A stretch of DNA of 64,000 bases. Source: an uncultured Planctomycetaceae bacterium. Lineage in GTDB: Bacteria; Planctomycetota; Planctomycetia; Isosphaerales; Isosphaeraceae. The stretch spans positions 896,001 to 960,000 of the forward strand of contig CAWIAD010000002.1 of NCBI GenBank assembly GCA_963833985.1, given 5' to 3'. Below are positions 29,939-41,521 of the stretch, in pieces (the first letter of the stretch is position 1; every line of letters starts with the position of its first letter). Both the position numbers and the translations under genes were made by a program. A model generated the notes under the pieces. The model saw nothing but the letters and a program-made list of their open reading frames with translations, was not told the DNA's origin and made no database searches.

Positions 29939-32285
29939 ATGGTTGCTCGCCGGAGCATCGTACCGGGTCCTTTCCCGGTCGCACTGCTGATTGTCGGTCT
30001 GCTGCTCTCCCCGCTCCTGGTCGGCATTGAACCGGTCGGTGGCGATCCCGACCTCATGTATCGGCCCATCAAGTTCGAGCTGGCGCAGCGCTTCGCCAGG
30101 GAAGACTGCCGATCTGGAGTGATCACTTCGGAACGGGCGTTCCACTCGCGGCAGAAAGCCACGTCGCTGCCTTTTACCCCCCGAACTGGATCTTCTACCG
30201 ACTGCTCGAACTCCACGCTGCGTACCGCCTGAGTGCCTATGTGCATTATCTCGCACTCACCGCGGCGACCTTTGCCTACGCGCAAGGGCTCGGACTGGCG
30301 CCCTGGGGATGCGCGCTGGCCGCGGTAGGATTCTCGCTCTGCGGGTTCCAGGCAGTCCACGCGGCCCATGAGCCCCTTTACACCCTGATGCCCTACCTGC
30401 CGCTGTGTCTCTGGCTCGGCGATCGCTACATCCGGACGGGGCGATATCGCTGGCTTGCCCTGACAGCTCTGGGGTGGGGCATGCAGCTCACGATCGGCCA
30501 TTTCCAGGTGCAGATGTGGACAGCAGCTCTGGTGCTTCTGACAGGCGGCTGGCTGGTGGTCAGTGGCCGCCTTCCCGCAGCCAGAATTCCCATGCTGGCG
30601 GCCGGACTGTCCTGGGGAGCGGCCATTGCCGGGGTCCAGCTTGGTCTCACCTGGCAGCTTACCCGGCTCACTGCGTTTTCCAGGCCCCAGGAGTTCCTCA
30701 CGAACTACGGCTTTCCGCTGGTGCACTGGGCGCAGTGGGCGTTGCCCTGGACGTTTCTCGTTCCACCACATTCGGGAGCCGGCAATCCCTACTGGGCAAA
30801 CCTGGTGACGAGCCCGGGTGAAGCCTGTGCCTATGGGGGAACGGCCGCCCTGCTCCTGAGCTGCCCAGGCTGGTTGGCCCTCCGCTGCGATGCGCGGCTT
30901 GCACCCTGGAAGTGGATTGCACTTCTGGGCTTCTTGCTGGCCACAATGCCGGGCTGGTGGCCCGCTGGCTACAGGTTGCTGTTACTGCTGCCGGTTGTAG
31001 GGTGGTTCCGCGCCCGGCGCGGTACACGCTGCTCTCCAGCCTGGGACTGGCCCTGCTGGCGGGGCGCGGCCTGGACCGGTCGCTCTCGCCCATGCGGTTC
31101 TGGGGCGGTCTGGCCGTGGCGGTGCTGATCGGGGTCAGTGCCTGGATCTGGTCCCTGTCCCTCGTTCGTGATCCCCTGTTCCGGACCGGAATGGAAGCAG
31201 GCACGCTGCCGCTCAGGCTTGGTACGGCGGCATTGTTCTGGGGGCTGAGCCTTGCGGCCGTCATCTGCTGGAGAGTCAAGCTGGTGGGGCCCTGGGCGCC
31301 GCTGCTTGTTCTTGCCATCGAGCTGGGTGGCCTGTTTTACCTGGGTCCTGTCGCCTGGGGCTGGTCGATCGGCCTTCCCGACACAAGCCCCGTGCTCCGG
31401 CAGCTTGGCAGCGATGCTGCCACAGGGCTGGTTGCCGGCCGGCTCCAGAACCTTCCCGTGCTCGCGGGCCGCTCTGCGGCGGTTCCAGCGCTGGGGATTG
31501 CACCGCCACCGCCGGGATTTTTGCTGGAATCCGCCCTCTTACCTCCAGGCCGCCTGCGAGCGGAGGACCGCCGCTGGCAAAACCGGCTGGGCATCACCGA
31601 CGGCATCTGGGCCGAGCCCGATGACGTCGCAGGCCTGCCGCCTGGAGCGGAAGTGTCCGACCCTGCTCTGGCCCGGCTCTTCCCGCGATCCACGGGGCAA
31701 GCTGCGGAGGGTCGGTGGAAGCAGGTGCATTATCCACCGCCCCTTCCTTTTGCCTGGGTGGCCCTGCGCGCGTTCGAGGTTGGCGGGTGGGAGCCCCTGT
31801 TCGCCACGCTCTCGCAGCATGATCAGCCTGGCGAGGCGTGGTTCGTTCATGGAGACGGCCCGCCTGAAGTCAAGAGCCGGCACGTACTGGCTGACTTCGT
31901 GACCGGGCAGCTCATGCCGCGTGCCGTACCCGTTGAGCTGGGTCGGTCAGCCAGCCGGGCCGAGGTGAAAGTGGTCGATGCCCGGACGATGGATGTCGAG
32001 CACGACGGCACGTGTTACCTGATCCTCCGCAGGACGTTCGACCCGGGATGGCTCTACCGGATCGACGGGAAGACGGCTCGTCCGGTCCTGAAGGTCAATG
32101 GGGGTCTTCAGTGCATCCCCGTGACCGGTACCGGGCCGAGCCATGTCACGCTGGCCTATCAACCAGCCGCAATCTGGACTGGCGGCGTGCTCTCCGCGCT
32201 GGCCACGGCGGCTGCGCTTCTTGTCCTGACTGTGGACATGGCCAGTACGTACCGCACGGCGGGCCGCCCCGTGCAATCTCCTTGA
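29939..32285 (+). CDS. YfhO-like multi-pass membrane protein (GT-C glycosyltransferase-like); frameshifts near 30086 and 31014
   Basis: Joined frames read GGDPDLMYRPIK, GRLPIWSDHFGTGVPLAAES...FYPPNW, GHFQ, FRAPARYTLL, and C-terminal LILRRTFDPGW...IDG...VNGGLQCIPV...TLAYQP plus TM helix; start uncertain. Confidence 0.72.
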
Positions 32286-32459
32286 CGGGCTCTCGCGCTC
32301 TGCCGGGGAGATGCCCGGACTTCTCCCGCGGTCTGGAATTCATTAGGCTGTGAGCGTGGATCGCCCGCGCCGTCAATGGTGCGCCATGGCAAGTCTCAGG
32401 GGCCGGTGCGTTGCCCGCCTGTCTATCACCTGGAATTTGCGCGGATCTCAGGGGTATCC

Positions 32460-35400
32460 ATGAATACCGACCGGAATCTCCTCTTTGGAGTGCTTGCCTT
32501 TCAGCAGGGGGTCATCGACGCGGACCGGCTGGCACAGACGATTGCTCCGGATTCAACCGCAACATCACTTCCGGTCGCAGACAAGCTCGTGGAGCAAGGA
32601 TGCCTGACCGTCGAACAGAAGCAAGACCTTGAGAAGCTCCTGGAGCAAGCGATCCAGGCCCACCATGGCGATCCTGAGCAGACCCTGGCGGCGATGGTCG
32701 ACGGCCGATGCCTGGACGCGCTGCGGAATGCCGGGCTGATGCGCCCCGAGCTGGAAGCAAGGCTCACGCTGGCTAACCAGCCGCCCGGTCCGGTCCGGAT
32801 CGGCTCACTCAACCCGGAAGAGGGCGAGAGTCGAGAGCGCTACACGCGTACGCATCTCTACGCCAAGGGGGGCATGGGGCAGGTCTGGCTCGCACACGAC
32901 CCGAGCCTGGGTCGTGAGATCGCGCTGAAAGAGCTCCATCCTGAGCAGGCGGGCATCGCGGCAGTCTGCTCGCGGTTCGTGGCCGAGGCGCGCGTCACCG
33001 CGAAGCTCGAGCATCCAGGCATCGTGCCGGTTTACGAGGTGGGCGAAGGCCACTTGCCGTACTACACGATGAGGTTCGTGAAGGGGGGAACGCTGGGCCA
33101 GGTGACCCGCAGCTACCACAAAGCCCGCATCGCCGGCAAGGCTGACCCGGTTGGCCTCGTCAAACTGCTGGGCGCGTTTGTCGGCGTATGCCATGCCGTG
33201 GCCTATGCCCACTCGCGCGGCTTCATCCATCGCGACCTCAAGGGTCAGAACATCGTGCTGGGAGAATTTGGTGAGGTCATCGTGCTGGACTGGGGCCTGG
33301 CCAGGCGAATCGATGCGGCCCCCGGCACAGGACGATCCAGGCCCTCCACGGATCCACACGTCCCCAATTCCTGCGCGGTTGACGCCACCACCGCCGCATT
33401 CACTTCTGACTCCGCGGAAACGCTGGCTGTGGAAAGGGAGACGCCGGCAGAGCGCCAGAACTGCGCGCCCTCGCCGCGGGACGTGCTCCTGGAGCGAACC
33501 GCGGAAGGGCAGGTGCTGGGCACTCCTGCCTACATGGCCCCGGAACAAGCTGAGGGAAGACAGCATCAGACCGATGCCCGCACGGACGTCTACGGACTGG
33601 GGGCCATTCTCTACGAGATCCTCACCGGCCAGCCTCCATTTCAAGCCAGGACGACCAGTGAGCTCCTTCAGAAGGTGCGGCGTGAGCCGCCCCGCCCGCC
33701 CCGTCAGCTCAACCCCGGCGTCGCTGCCGCGCTGGAGGCCGTTTGTCTCAAGGCCCTGTCCAAGACCCCCGAGCAGCGGTACCCCTCGGCGGGCGACCTG
33801 GCGCAGGAGATCCAACGCTACCTCGCCGACGAACCCGTGCTGGCGTACCCGGAGCCCTGGACCCGCCATGCGGCCCGGTGGTGCGCGCAAGCACCGGACC
33901 GCGGTCGTCACCGCGGCCTGCTTGCTGCTGGCGACCACCGCGGCACTGTCGATCAGCACCGTGCTGATTGCGCGTGAGCGCAACGAGGCGCAGACCCAGG
34001 CCGAGGCTCGCACGCCAGGCTGTTGATGATATGTACACAAAGGTTGCCGAAAACTGGCTCGAGGATCGGCTCGACCCGCTGCAACAACAGTTCCTTCAGA
34101 AGACGCTCGATTACTACGAGACGTTCACCAGCCGCTGGGCCAGCACTCCCGCGGTGGTTCTGGAGCACGGGATGGCCTATCAGCGGATGGGGGAGATCCA
34201 GCGCAAGCTGGGCCGGTATGACGAGGCCCAGCGCCTGTTCTCCCGAGCCCTGTTTCTGCTACGTCCACTGGCGGCTCAAAGCAACGTCGATTCCCGGCCG
34301 CGCCGCGCTCTGGGCGTCACGCTGGCGCGCCAGGGTGATCTGCTCTTCCGGCTGAACCTGATCGATGAAGCGGAGAACTTCCTTGGCGAGGCGGAAACAC
34401 AGCAGGAAGCCCTCCTGGCGAGCCCGGCAGCCACCAGCGCGGACCGCTGGCTGCTGGCTCGGACCGTGCGCGGCCAGGCCGAACTGCGGCGCCGAAAGGG
34501 CGACCTGCTGGCGGCCAGGCCGCTCGCCCTGCGCGCCTGCGACCTGCTCGAGCATGTGCAGACCGCCGATCCTGAAGCTCCGGAAGCGCGGAATGATCTG
34601 GCACAGGCCAACGATATCCTGGGCCGCATCGCCCGCGACCTGGGAGACAGCGAGCTCAACGAGCGCGCCCACCGCCGCTCTTACGGCCTGCTCGACCGCC
34701 TGGTCACCGAGTATCCGACCGTGCCGCGTTATCGCGAAGCGCTGGTTCACGCCTGCAACGGCCTGGGAAACCTGGAATATGAAACCGGCCGCCTGGGCGA
34801 TTGCGAGTCGCGCTGGAGACGCATGCTCGGCGAGGCCGAGCGAATGACTCAAGATTTTCCAGGTCGTCCTGAGTTCCAGCGCCTGCTAGCGGGTGCGTGC
34901 TCGAACCTGGGCGGCGTTCTGGCCGAGCAGGACCGCTTCGCGGAGGCCGAGCCCATCCTCAGGCGCAGCATCACGCTGGACTCCGGTCTGGCGAAGCAGA
35001 TGCCCGAGGATCGGGAGATCGACTTCGACCTGGGCAACTGCTACCACAACCTCGGCTATCTGCTGCTGAAACGGGGCCGTGCCGAAGAGGCTCTGGAGTC
35101 ACTCGCAAAGGGCGAGACGATCGAGCGCTCGCTGGTCCAGAAGCTTCCCCGCACACCCCGCTGCCGGCGCAGCCTGGCACTGATCCTGCGCTGGCGGGGA
35201 GACGCGCTGGAGCAACTGGGGCACCCCGGTGCTGATGCAGCGTACGGCGAGGGGGTCTCCATCCTCGAGAAGCTGACGGCGGAATTTCCCGCAAACGTGC
35301 TGTACCAGCTTGACCTGGCCCGGTGCCTGAACAAGCACGGAGAACAGATGGCCAAGGCCGGTCACAACGATCAGGCCGAGCGCGACTACCAGCAAGCGCT

Positions 35401-36260
35401 CGCCGCGTTGAGCGTGCAGAAGATCAAGGAATGGCCGCTGGAATGCCGTCGTGAGAAAGCCATGACCCTGAGCAACCAGGGTGTCTTCCGCCACGAGGCC
35501 CATCGTCTGGACGCCGAGGGACCCCTCCGCTCCTCCGTGCACCTGGCCCGAGAGCTTGCCTCCGGCAAGAATCCGGCCCACAAGGACCGGCAATACCTGG
35601 CGATTGCCCATAACAATCTGGGTGAGGCACTCCGCGACCGGGGCCGCAACGACGAAGCCTGGAGCGAGTTCCAGCAAGCCGTCGAGGGCCTGGACCACCT
35701 CGTGGCGGAACGTCCGGGTGTCGTGGAAGACCGCTTCTACCTGGGGTATATCAACGAGCAAATGAGCAAGCTGCTGGTCCAGATGAACCAACCGGCAGAG
35801 GCCAGGACCGCCCTGGCGAAGGCGGTGGCCAGCCAGAAAGAGGCTGTCAAGCTGACCGACGGACGATCCCCTCTCCATCGCGCCACGCTTGCAAGCCATC
35901 TGAAAGCACTCGCTGAGGTTTGCCTGCCTCTTCGCGACTATGACGCCGTACACCAGGCCGCAGTCGACCTTGCCAGGACGACCCCGGACCCCAGTGAGGG
36001 ATGCCTGAGCGCGGCCAGGTTGCTGGCCCGCTGCGCCAGCCAGCTTCAGGCAGACTTGAAGCTCACCACCGCGCAGGGAAGAGCTGGGCAGAAGGTTGCT
36101 GGGGCGCACCGTCGTGCTGCTGCGCGAGGCCGTCGACGCCAATTCCGCGCTGGCCAGCGTGATCGGCGGCGACCCCGTATTCAAGGAACTCCGCGATCGC
36201 CCCGAGTTCCAGACGATGCTGGGCAGCTTGGTTGACGTTGGACGTGCGGAGAGACGGTGA
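32460..36260 (+). CDS. Hanks-type Ser/Thr protein kinase with TM helix and TPR repeats; frameshifts near 33882, 34003 and 36077
   Basis: MNTDRNLLFG start; GGMGQV, IALK, HRDLKGQN, DWG, GTPAYMAPEQ, DVYGLG; TM segment in the 33151 frame; TPRs in the 33968 frame; last frame ends DPVFKELRDRPEFQ...TGA 36260. Confidence 0.88.
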
Positions 36261-36281
36261 TCGGGATGGGTCTGGGCCTCA

Positions 36282-36890
36282 TCATGCCCGACCGGACCGT
36301 TTTCGCCGCAAGTGATAGGCGATCGGCAGGCCGCAGCCGAGCCCGAGCAGGATGATCGATGTCGGTTCGGGAATCACCGTCAGCACGAACGATCCCGACT
36401 CGTTCACGGGGTTGCCGTTGATATCGTGGATCTTCGCGGTCCAGTCCACCGTCAGCGAATAGTGCGGGGGCAGCGTCGGCAAGGACATCGCGGTCAGCAC
36501 CGTGAACTGGCCCGTGAATTTATTGCCCGGTCCTGGGTTGGCGAATGGTGGCGAGTTGAAAGGCGTGGCAAGAGCGAACTCGATGTCCCCGCTATTATTC
36601 GGACTGCCCGCCCAGGGGCCAACCGGGTTACCGGCGATCGGTGCATTGTAGAATGAGCTCTGGTTGACTCCCGGCAATTTGTAGAGTGTGAACGAGTCGC
36701 CCGTCTCGAACTCGAAACCAGGCAAGAGAGAGACCTCAACGATGTATTCGTAAAACGGATCGCCGAGTGTCTTGATTCCCCCGCCTGTGATCTTCAGACC
36801 ACCAGCTTGTGCAGGACTTCCCGCTTGCAGGGTCCATGTGAACAGGGCAATCCCCAGGAGCCAGACCACGGCACAGTAGCGCGAGCGCAT
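36282..36890 (-). CDS. PEP-CTERM sorting-domain protein
   Basis: Signal peptide MRSRYCAVVWLLGIALF...AQA; C-terminal VIPEPTSIILLGLG, TM segment and RRKR. Confidence 0.88.
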   Translation of the reverse strand: MRSRYCAVVWLLGIALFTWTLQAGSPAQAGGLKITGGGIKTLGDPFYEYIVEVSLLPGFEFETGDSFTLYKLPGVNQSSFYNAPIAGNPVGPWAGSPNNSGDIEFALATPFNSPPFANPGPGNKFTGQFTVLTAMSLPTLPPHYSLTVDWTAKIHDINGNPVNESGSFVLTVIPEPTSIILLGLGCGLPIAYHLRRKRSGRA

Positions 36891-37436
36891 GATTCTTCTC
36901 CGATCGTTCGATTCGTGAAACTTCGACGTCGTTTGCTGCGGACGGAACGTACGTTGCCGACCAGAGGCTGGCCTCGACTCAACCAAAGCGTCTTCGAGGA
37001 AAGGCAGGGGTATCGGCCTGCGCGGCAACGGGCGTGAGCCTTCCGACTGTAAGCAATCCATCCAGATTGTCACAAGCATGTATCGCTTGCATGGTGATTG
37101 ATGGAAACATCGACGCCGGGACGATCGATTCTCTGAAGCAAACTGCCGTGCGCTGGGGCTACCGTCAGAGCCACTTCTGCTGGGCGGACCGCGCAGGCAA
37201 GTTACCGAAGATTTCACGGACGCTGCCGGCATCTTTGACGCTTCTTATCTCTTGTGGCACGCCTTCCTTCCCGCCTGGTAGAGCCGCGGCTCTGACGATT
37301 CTCGCCTGTTCGGGCGAGTTTCGGCTTCGCGAACCTGCCCGCGGTCCCGTAAAATCGATTTCATTCCCGTGGCGGTACGGACACAATTTGGCCCTCGGCC
37401 CGGTGGTTCCCCTTGAGCAGCCAACCGACCTTTGCG

Positions 37437-40079
37437 ATGGCCAGCCGGATGACTCAACCCGGGAAGGGCGCGCGCCCGAGGCCCGCACGACGTCAGCCGG
37501 CTGTGCACCTGCTAGCGCTGGCCATTCTCCTGGTGGGCTGTGCCACCGGCCTGGCAGAGGCGCCGAATGCGGAATCATTCCTCGATCGGGTCCAGCCCGT
37601 TCTGGACGAGCATTGCCTGTCGTGCCATGACGATATCCAGAAAAAAGGAAGACTGAGCTTCGAAGGCATGGAGGCCGATGCCAGTCGCCTGGCCAATCGC
37701 GACCTCTGGTGGGGCGTGCTCAAGAACGTGCGTGCCGGCATCATGCCGCCGGTCAGCCAGCCGCGCCTTGACGGCAAGAGCCAGCGTGCGCTGGAAGACT
37801 GGATCAAGTTCCAGGCGTTCGGCATCGACCCGGGCGACCTCGACCCGGGCCGCGTCACGGTCCGCAGGCTCAACCGGATCGAATACCGCAACACGATTCG
37901 CGACCTGCTCGGCGTGGTCTACGATACAAACGCCGAATTCCCGCCCGATGATGCGGGCCACGGGTTCGACAACATCGGCGATGTCCTGACCATGTCTCCC
38001 CTGCTCCTGGAGAAATACATCGCCGCGGCCAACAGCGTCATCACCAAGGTTGTGCCCATGGCGCCCAAGGCCGTGGTGGACAAGGTCCTGCCGGGCGACT
38101 CGTTCCATCATTCCGGCACGGGCAAAGGTCCCGCGCCTCCGAGGAAGAACCCATCCGCTCTCTCCCTGTCCTATTACAAGGAGGCAACTGCCGCGCGCAC
38201 GTTTCAGGCGGAGCACTCGGGACGCTACCGCCTCATCCTCGATCTGACGGCCACGGAGCGCTTCGTCGACGGCGTCTTCGATTACAACCGGTGCCGGATC
38301 ATCTTCAAGGTGGACGGAGTCGAGCGGCTACGGCGCGAGCTGAGCCGGCAGGACAATAAGACCTACCGCGACGAGCTAGAGCAGAACTGGCCGGCCGGCC
38401 CGCACGCGCTTGCTCTTGAGCTCGTGCCGCTGACGCCCGGCGAGAAGCAAGTTCGCTCGCTGTCGGTGCGGCTCAACTCGGTGACGGTCCGCGGCCCATT
38501 CGAGGAGCAATACTGGGCACAGCCCGCCAGCTACCGACAGTTCTTCCCCCGGGATGTACCCACCGACCCTGCCTCGCAGCGCCGCTATGCCCGCGAAATC
38601 CTCAAGCCCTTCGCCGCCAGGGCGTTTCGCCGTCCGGTCGATGAAGCCACGCTCGATCGGCTGGTAACGGTGGCCCAGGCCGCCAGTACCGACCCCGGGC
38701 AGACGTTTGAATCGGGTATCGCCCGGGCCATGATGGTGGTCCTGGCCTCGCCCCGCTTCGTCTTCCGGGAGGAGGCGATCGAACCGAGCTCGGCGGACCG
38801 GTATCCGCTCATCGACGAGTACGCGCTGGCCACCCGGCTGTCGTATTTCCTCTGGTCGACGATGCCCGACAGCGAGCTCTTCCGTCTCGCCGCGGAACAC
38901 AAGCTGCGGGCCAGCTTGCCCGCACAGCTCCACCGGCTGCTCGCCGATCCGCGTTCCGGCGAGTTCTTCCGTCACTTCGTCGGCCAGTGGCTCCAGACCC
39001 GCGATGTCGACACGGTGCTGATCAACGCCGCGGCCGTGCTGGCTCACGACGCGCCCCGTGATCCGGCGGCCGAGCGGCTGCGGGCCCGCTTCCGCGAGCT
39101 CAACCGCAAGCCACTCGAGAGTCTCTCGGCGAAGGAGAAAGACGAGCTCAAGGAAGTACGCACCACCTTTTTCCGGTCGTTTCGCCGGTTCCGCGAGTTC
39201 GAGCTGTCGGGAGATCTGCGCCAGGCGATCCGGCAAGAGACCGAGATGCTCTTCGAGCACATCGTCCGCCAGGACCGCAGCGCGCTGGAGCTGCTTGACA
39301 GCGACTACACGTTCCTCAATGAGCGGCTGGCGAAGCACTATGGGATCTCCGGGGTGACCGGTGACGCGATGCGGCTGGTGAAGCTGGCGCCTGAAACGGG
39401 GCGCGGCGGACTCTTGACGCAGGCGACCATGCTCATCGTGACCTCGAACCCGGACCGCACATCCCCCGTGAAGCGCGGCCTGTACATTCTTGAGAATGTG
39501 CTGGGAGTTCCGCCGCCCCCGCCCCCGCCGGACATACCGCCCCTGGAAGCCGCCAGCAAGAAGATCGCCGGGCGGAACCCCACGCTCCGGGAATCGCTGG
39601 CCGTGCACCGCGCCACGGCCTCCTGCGCGGCCTGCCACAACCGGATGGATCCCCTCGGGCTGGCACTCGAGAACTACAATGCCCTGGGGCGCTGGCGCGA
39701 GAAGGACAGCGGCCAGCCGATTGACGCCTCCGGCAAGCTCGTCACGGGCGAGACCTTCAGCGGCGTGGGCGAACTGAAGCGGATCCTGGTGGATCGCTAT
39801 CGCCGTGACTTCTATCGCTGCCTGAGCGAGAAAATGCTCACGTACGCCCTGGGCCGCGGCCTGGAGTGCGGTGACGTGGAGGCCGTCGACAGGCTGGTGG
39901 AGCGGATCGAAGCCGCCGGCGGGCGTCCCTCGGCTCTTCTTGAGGGCATCGTGGAGTCGATACCATTTCAGAGACGCCGCCGGCTCGATGCCGACCTTTC
40001 CGGCAAGCCGGTTCCGCGAACGACAGTAGGCACCAAGCCAGAAACCGACACGGGGCCAAACCATGACGCCAGAGGTTGA
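37437..40079 (+). CDS. Planctomycete cytochrome c + DUF1587/1595/1592/1588/1585 protein
   Basis: CLSCH and MPP; RRLNRIEYRNTIRDL; GFDN; AFRRP; LSYFLWSTMPD; FLNERLAKHYG; TSPVKRG; CAACH...DPLGLALENY; YALGR; start uncertain. Confidence 0.88.
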   Translation: MASRMTQPGKGARPRPARRQPAVHLLALAILLVGCATGLAEAPNAESFLDRVQPVLDEHCLSCHDDIQKKGRLSFEGMEADASRLANRDLWWGVLKNVRAGIMPPVSQPRLDGKSQRALEDWIKFQAFGIDPGDLDPGRVTVRRLNRIEYRNTIRDLLGVVYDTNAEFPPDDAGHGFDNIGDVLTMSPLLLEKYIAAANSVITKVVPMAPKAVVDKVLPGDSFHHSGTGKGPAPPRKNPSALSLSYYKEATAARTFQAEHSGRYRLILDLTATERFVDGVFDYNRCRIIFKVDGVERLRRELSRQDNKTYRDELEQNWPAGPHALALELVPLTPGEKQVRSLSVRLNSVTVRGPFEEQYWAQPASYRQFFPRDVPTDPASQRRYAREILKPFAARAFRRPVDEATLDRLVTVAQAASTDPGQTFESGIARAMMVVLASPRFVFREEAIEPSSADRYPLIDEYALATRLSYFLWSTMPDSELFRLAAEHKLRASLPAQLHRLLADPRSGEFFRHFVGQWLQTRDVDTVLINAAAVLAHDAPRDPAAERLRARFRELNRKPLESLSAKEKDELKEVRTTFFRSFRRFREFELSGDLRQAIRQETEMLFEHIVRQDRSALELLDSDYTFLNERLAKHYGISGVTGDAMRLVKLAPETGRGGLLTQATMLIVTSNPDRTSPVKRGLYILENVLGVPPPPPPPDIPPLEAASKKIAGRNPTLRESLAVHRATASCAACHNRMDPLGLALENYNALGRWREKDSGQPIDASGKLVTGETFSGVGELKRILVDRYRRDFYRCLSEKMLTYALGRGLECGDVEAVDRLVERIEAAGGRPSALLEGIVESIPFQRRRRLDADLSGKPVPRTTVGTKPETDTGPNHDARG

Positions 40080-41469
40080 GCAGAATCACGTGAGCATCGC
40101 TCATGGTCGCGCGGGTTGGAATCGTCGCCAGGTGCTGCGCGGGCTCGGTGCCTGGATCGCGCTGCCGGCTCTGGAATCATTGCGGCCGGCCAGCTTGCTT
40201 GCGGCCGGGGCTTCCCCGGAGCAGCGCCTGGCCGTCACGGCAACCGGCGCACCGTTGCGGACGGCCTTCGTCTATTTCCCGAACGGGGCGATCCCGGCCT
40301 CGTGGTGGCCCAAACAGGAAGGGTCGAAGCCGGAGCTCAGCCGCACGCTCCAGCCGCTGGAAAGCAGTCGTGGGCTGTTACAGGTGCTCGGCGGCCTGAA
40401 CCACCACACGGCGGAGGGCGGTCCGGACGGTCCCGGCGATCATGCGCGGGGCAATGGCACCTTCCTCACCGGGGTCCGTCTCAAGAAGAGCGCCACCGAT
40501 CTGCGGGCGGGGATCTCCTTCGATCAGGTTCTGGCTCACAGGTTCGGCCATCTCACCCGGTTTCCGTCTCTCGAGCTCGCCTGCGAGACGGCCCGCAAGA
40601 GCGGGGCCTGCGATTCCGGCTACTCGTGCGCGTACCAGTACAACCTGTCCTGGAGCTCGCCAACCACGCCGGTACCGCCCGAGTCCAACCCCCGGCTCGT
40701 CTTCGAACGGCTTTTTGGCACCGGTTCGCACGGCGAGCGCCGCGCCCATCTGAAACAGCGGAGAGTCGAGCAGCGGTCGATCCTCGACCTGGTCCTCGAC
40801 GATGCGCGGTCGATGCAGAAGCGGCTGGACTCTCCCGACCGGCAGAAGCTGGACCAGTACCTGACCAGCGTCCGCGAAGTGGAAACGCGGATCGAGCGGG
40901 AGGAGCGGTTCGGCGAGGTGCCGGATCCCGACAGGGAGACGCCGGCTGGCGTTCCCCCCGAATATGGTGATTACATCCAGCTCATGTTCGACATGCTGGT
41001 GCTGGCGTTCCAGACCGATTCGACCCGGATCGCCACCTTCCTGCTGGCCCACGATGGCAGCAACCGGTCCTTCGACCATATCGGCATCTTCGAGGGCCAC
41101 CACGACCTGACGCATCACCAGAACCGGCCCGAGTGGGTCGAGAAGGTCGCGGAGATCGACCTCTGGTACGCCAAGCAGTTCGCCCGGTTCCTCGACAAGC
41201 TGCAAGCCACCAGGGACCTTGACGGCCAAAGCCTGCTGCAAAACGCGATGATCGTCTACGGCAGCGGCAACGCCGACGGCAACCGCCACACCCATGTCAA
41301 CCTGCCCGTTGTGCTGGCCGGCGGAGGCGGCGGGACGCTCCAGCCAGGCCGCTTCATCAAGCACGGCTCGCAGCCGATGACGAACCTGTTCCTGGGTATG
41401 GCCGACCGCCTGGGTGTGCGCGACCTGAGCCGCTTCGGCGACTCGACGAAGCCGCTGGAGAATATCTAA
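40063..41469 (+). CDS. DUF1552 domain protein with Tat-like signal
   Basis: RRQVLRGLGAWIALPALES, YFPNG, CDSGYSCAY, FERLFG, LAFQTDSTR, HHDLTHH, GNRH; overlaps the upstream gene. Confidence 0.9.
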   Translation: MTPEVEQNHVSIAHGRAGWNRRQVLRGLGAWIALPALESLRPASLLAAGASPEQRLAVTATGAPLRTAFVYFPNGAIPASWWPKQEGSKPELSRTLQPLESSRGLLQVLGGLNHHTAEGGPDGPGDHARGNGTFLTGVRLKKSATDLRAGISFDQVLAHRFGHLTRFPSLELACETARKSGACDSGYSCAYQYNLSWSSPTTPVPPESNPRLVFERLFGTGSHGERRAHLKQRRVEQRSILDLVLDDARSMQKRLDSPDRQKLDQYLTSVREVETRIEREERFGEVPDPDRETPAGVPPEYGDYIQLMFDMLVLAFQTDSTRIATFLLAHDGSNRSFDHIGIFEGHHDLTHHQNRPEWVEKVAEIDLWYAKQFARFLDKLQATRDLDGQSLLQNAMIVYGSGNADGNRHTHVNLPVVLAGGGGGTLQPGRFIKHGSQPMTNLFLGMADRLGVRDLSRFGDSTKPLENI

Positions 41470-41521
41470 GGGCAGTTGGCAGTGGTTGTTTATCTCAACT
41501 AGATTGACCTCTGGATGTGAG

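Noticed and set aside
32460..36260. Kinase-TPR gene as a defence or toxin system
   Set aside because: This architecture is a common expanded signalling family in planctomycetes, and no defence-associated neighbours are present
36891..37436. Long intergenic region as a riboswitch, sRNA or sigma54 promoter
   Set aside because: TGGCAC at about 37255 lacks the -12 TTGC, and I could not recognise any riboswitch consensus; an Rfam/Infernal scan would be needed
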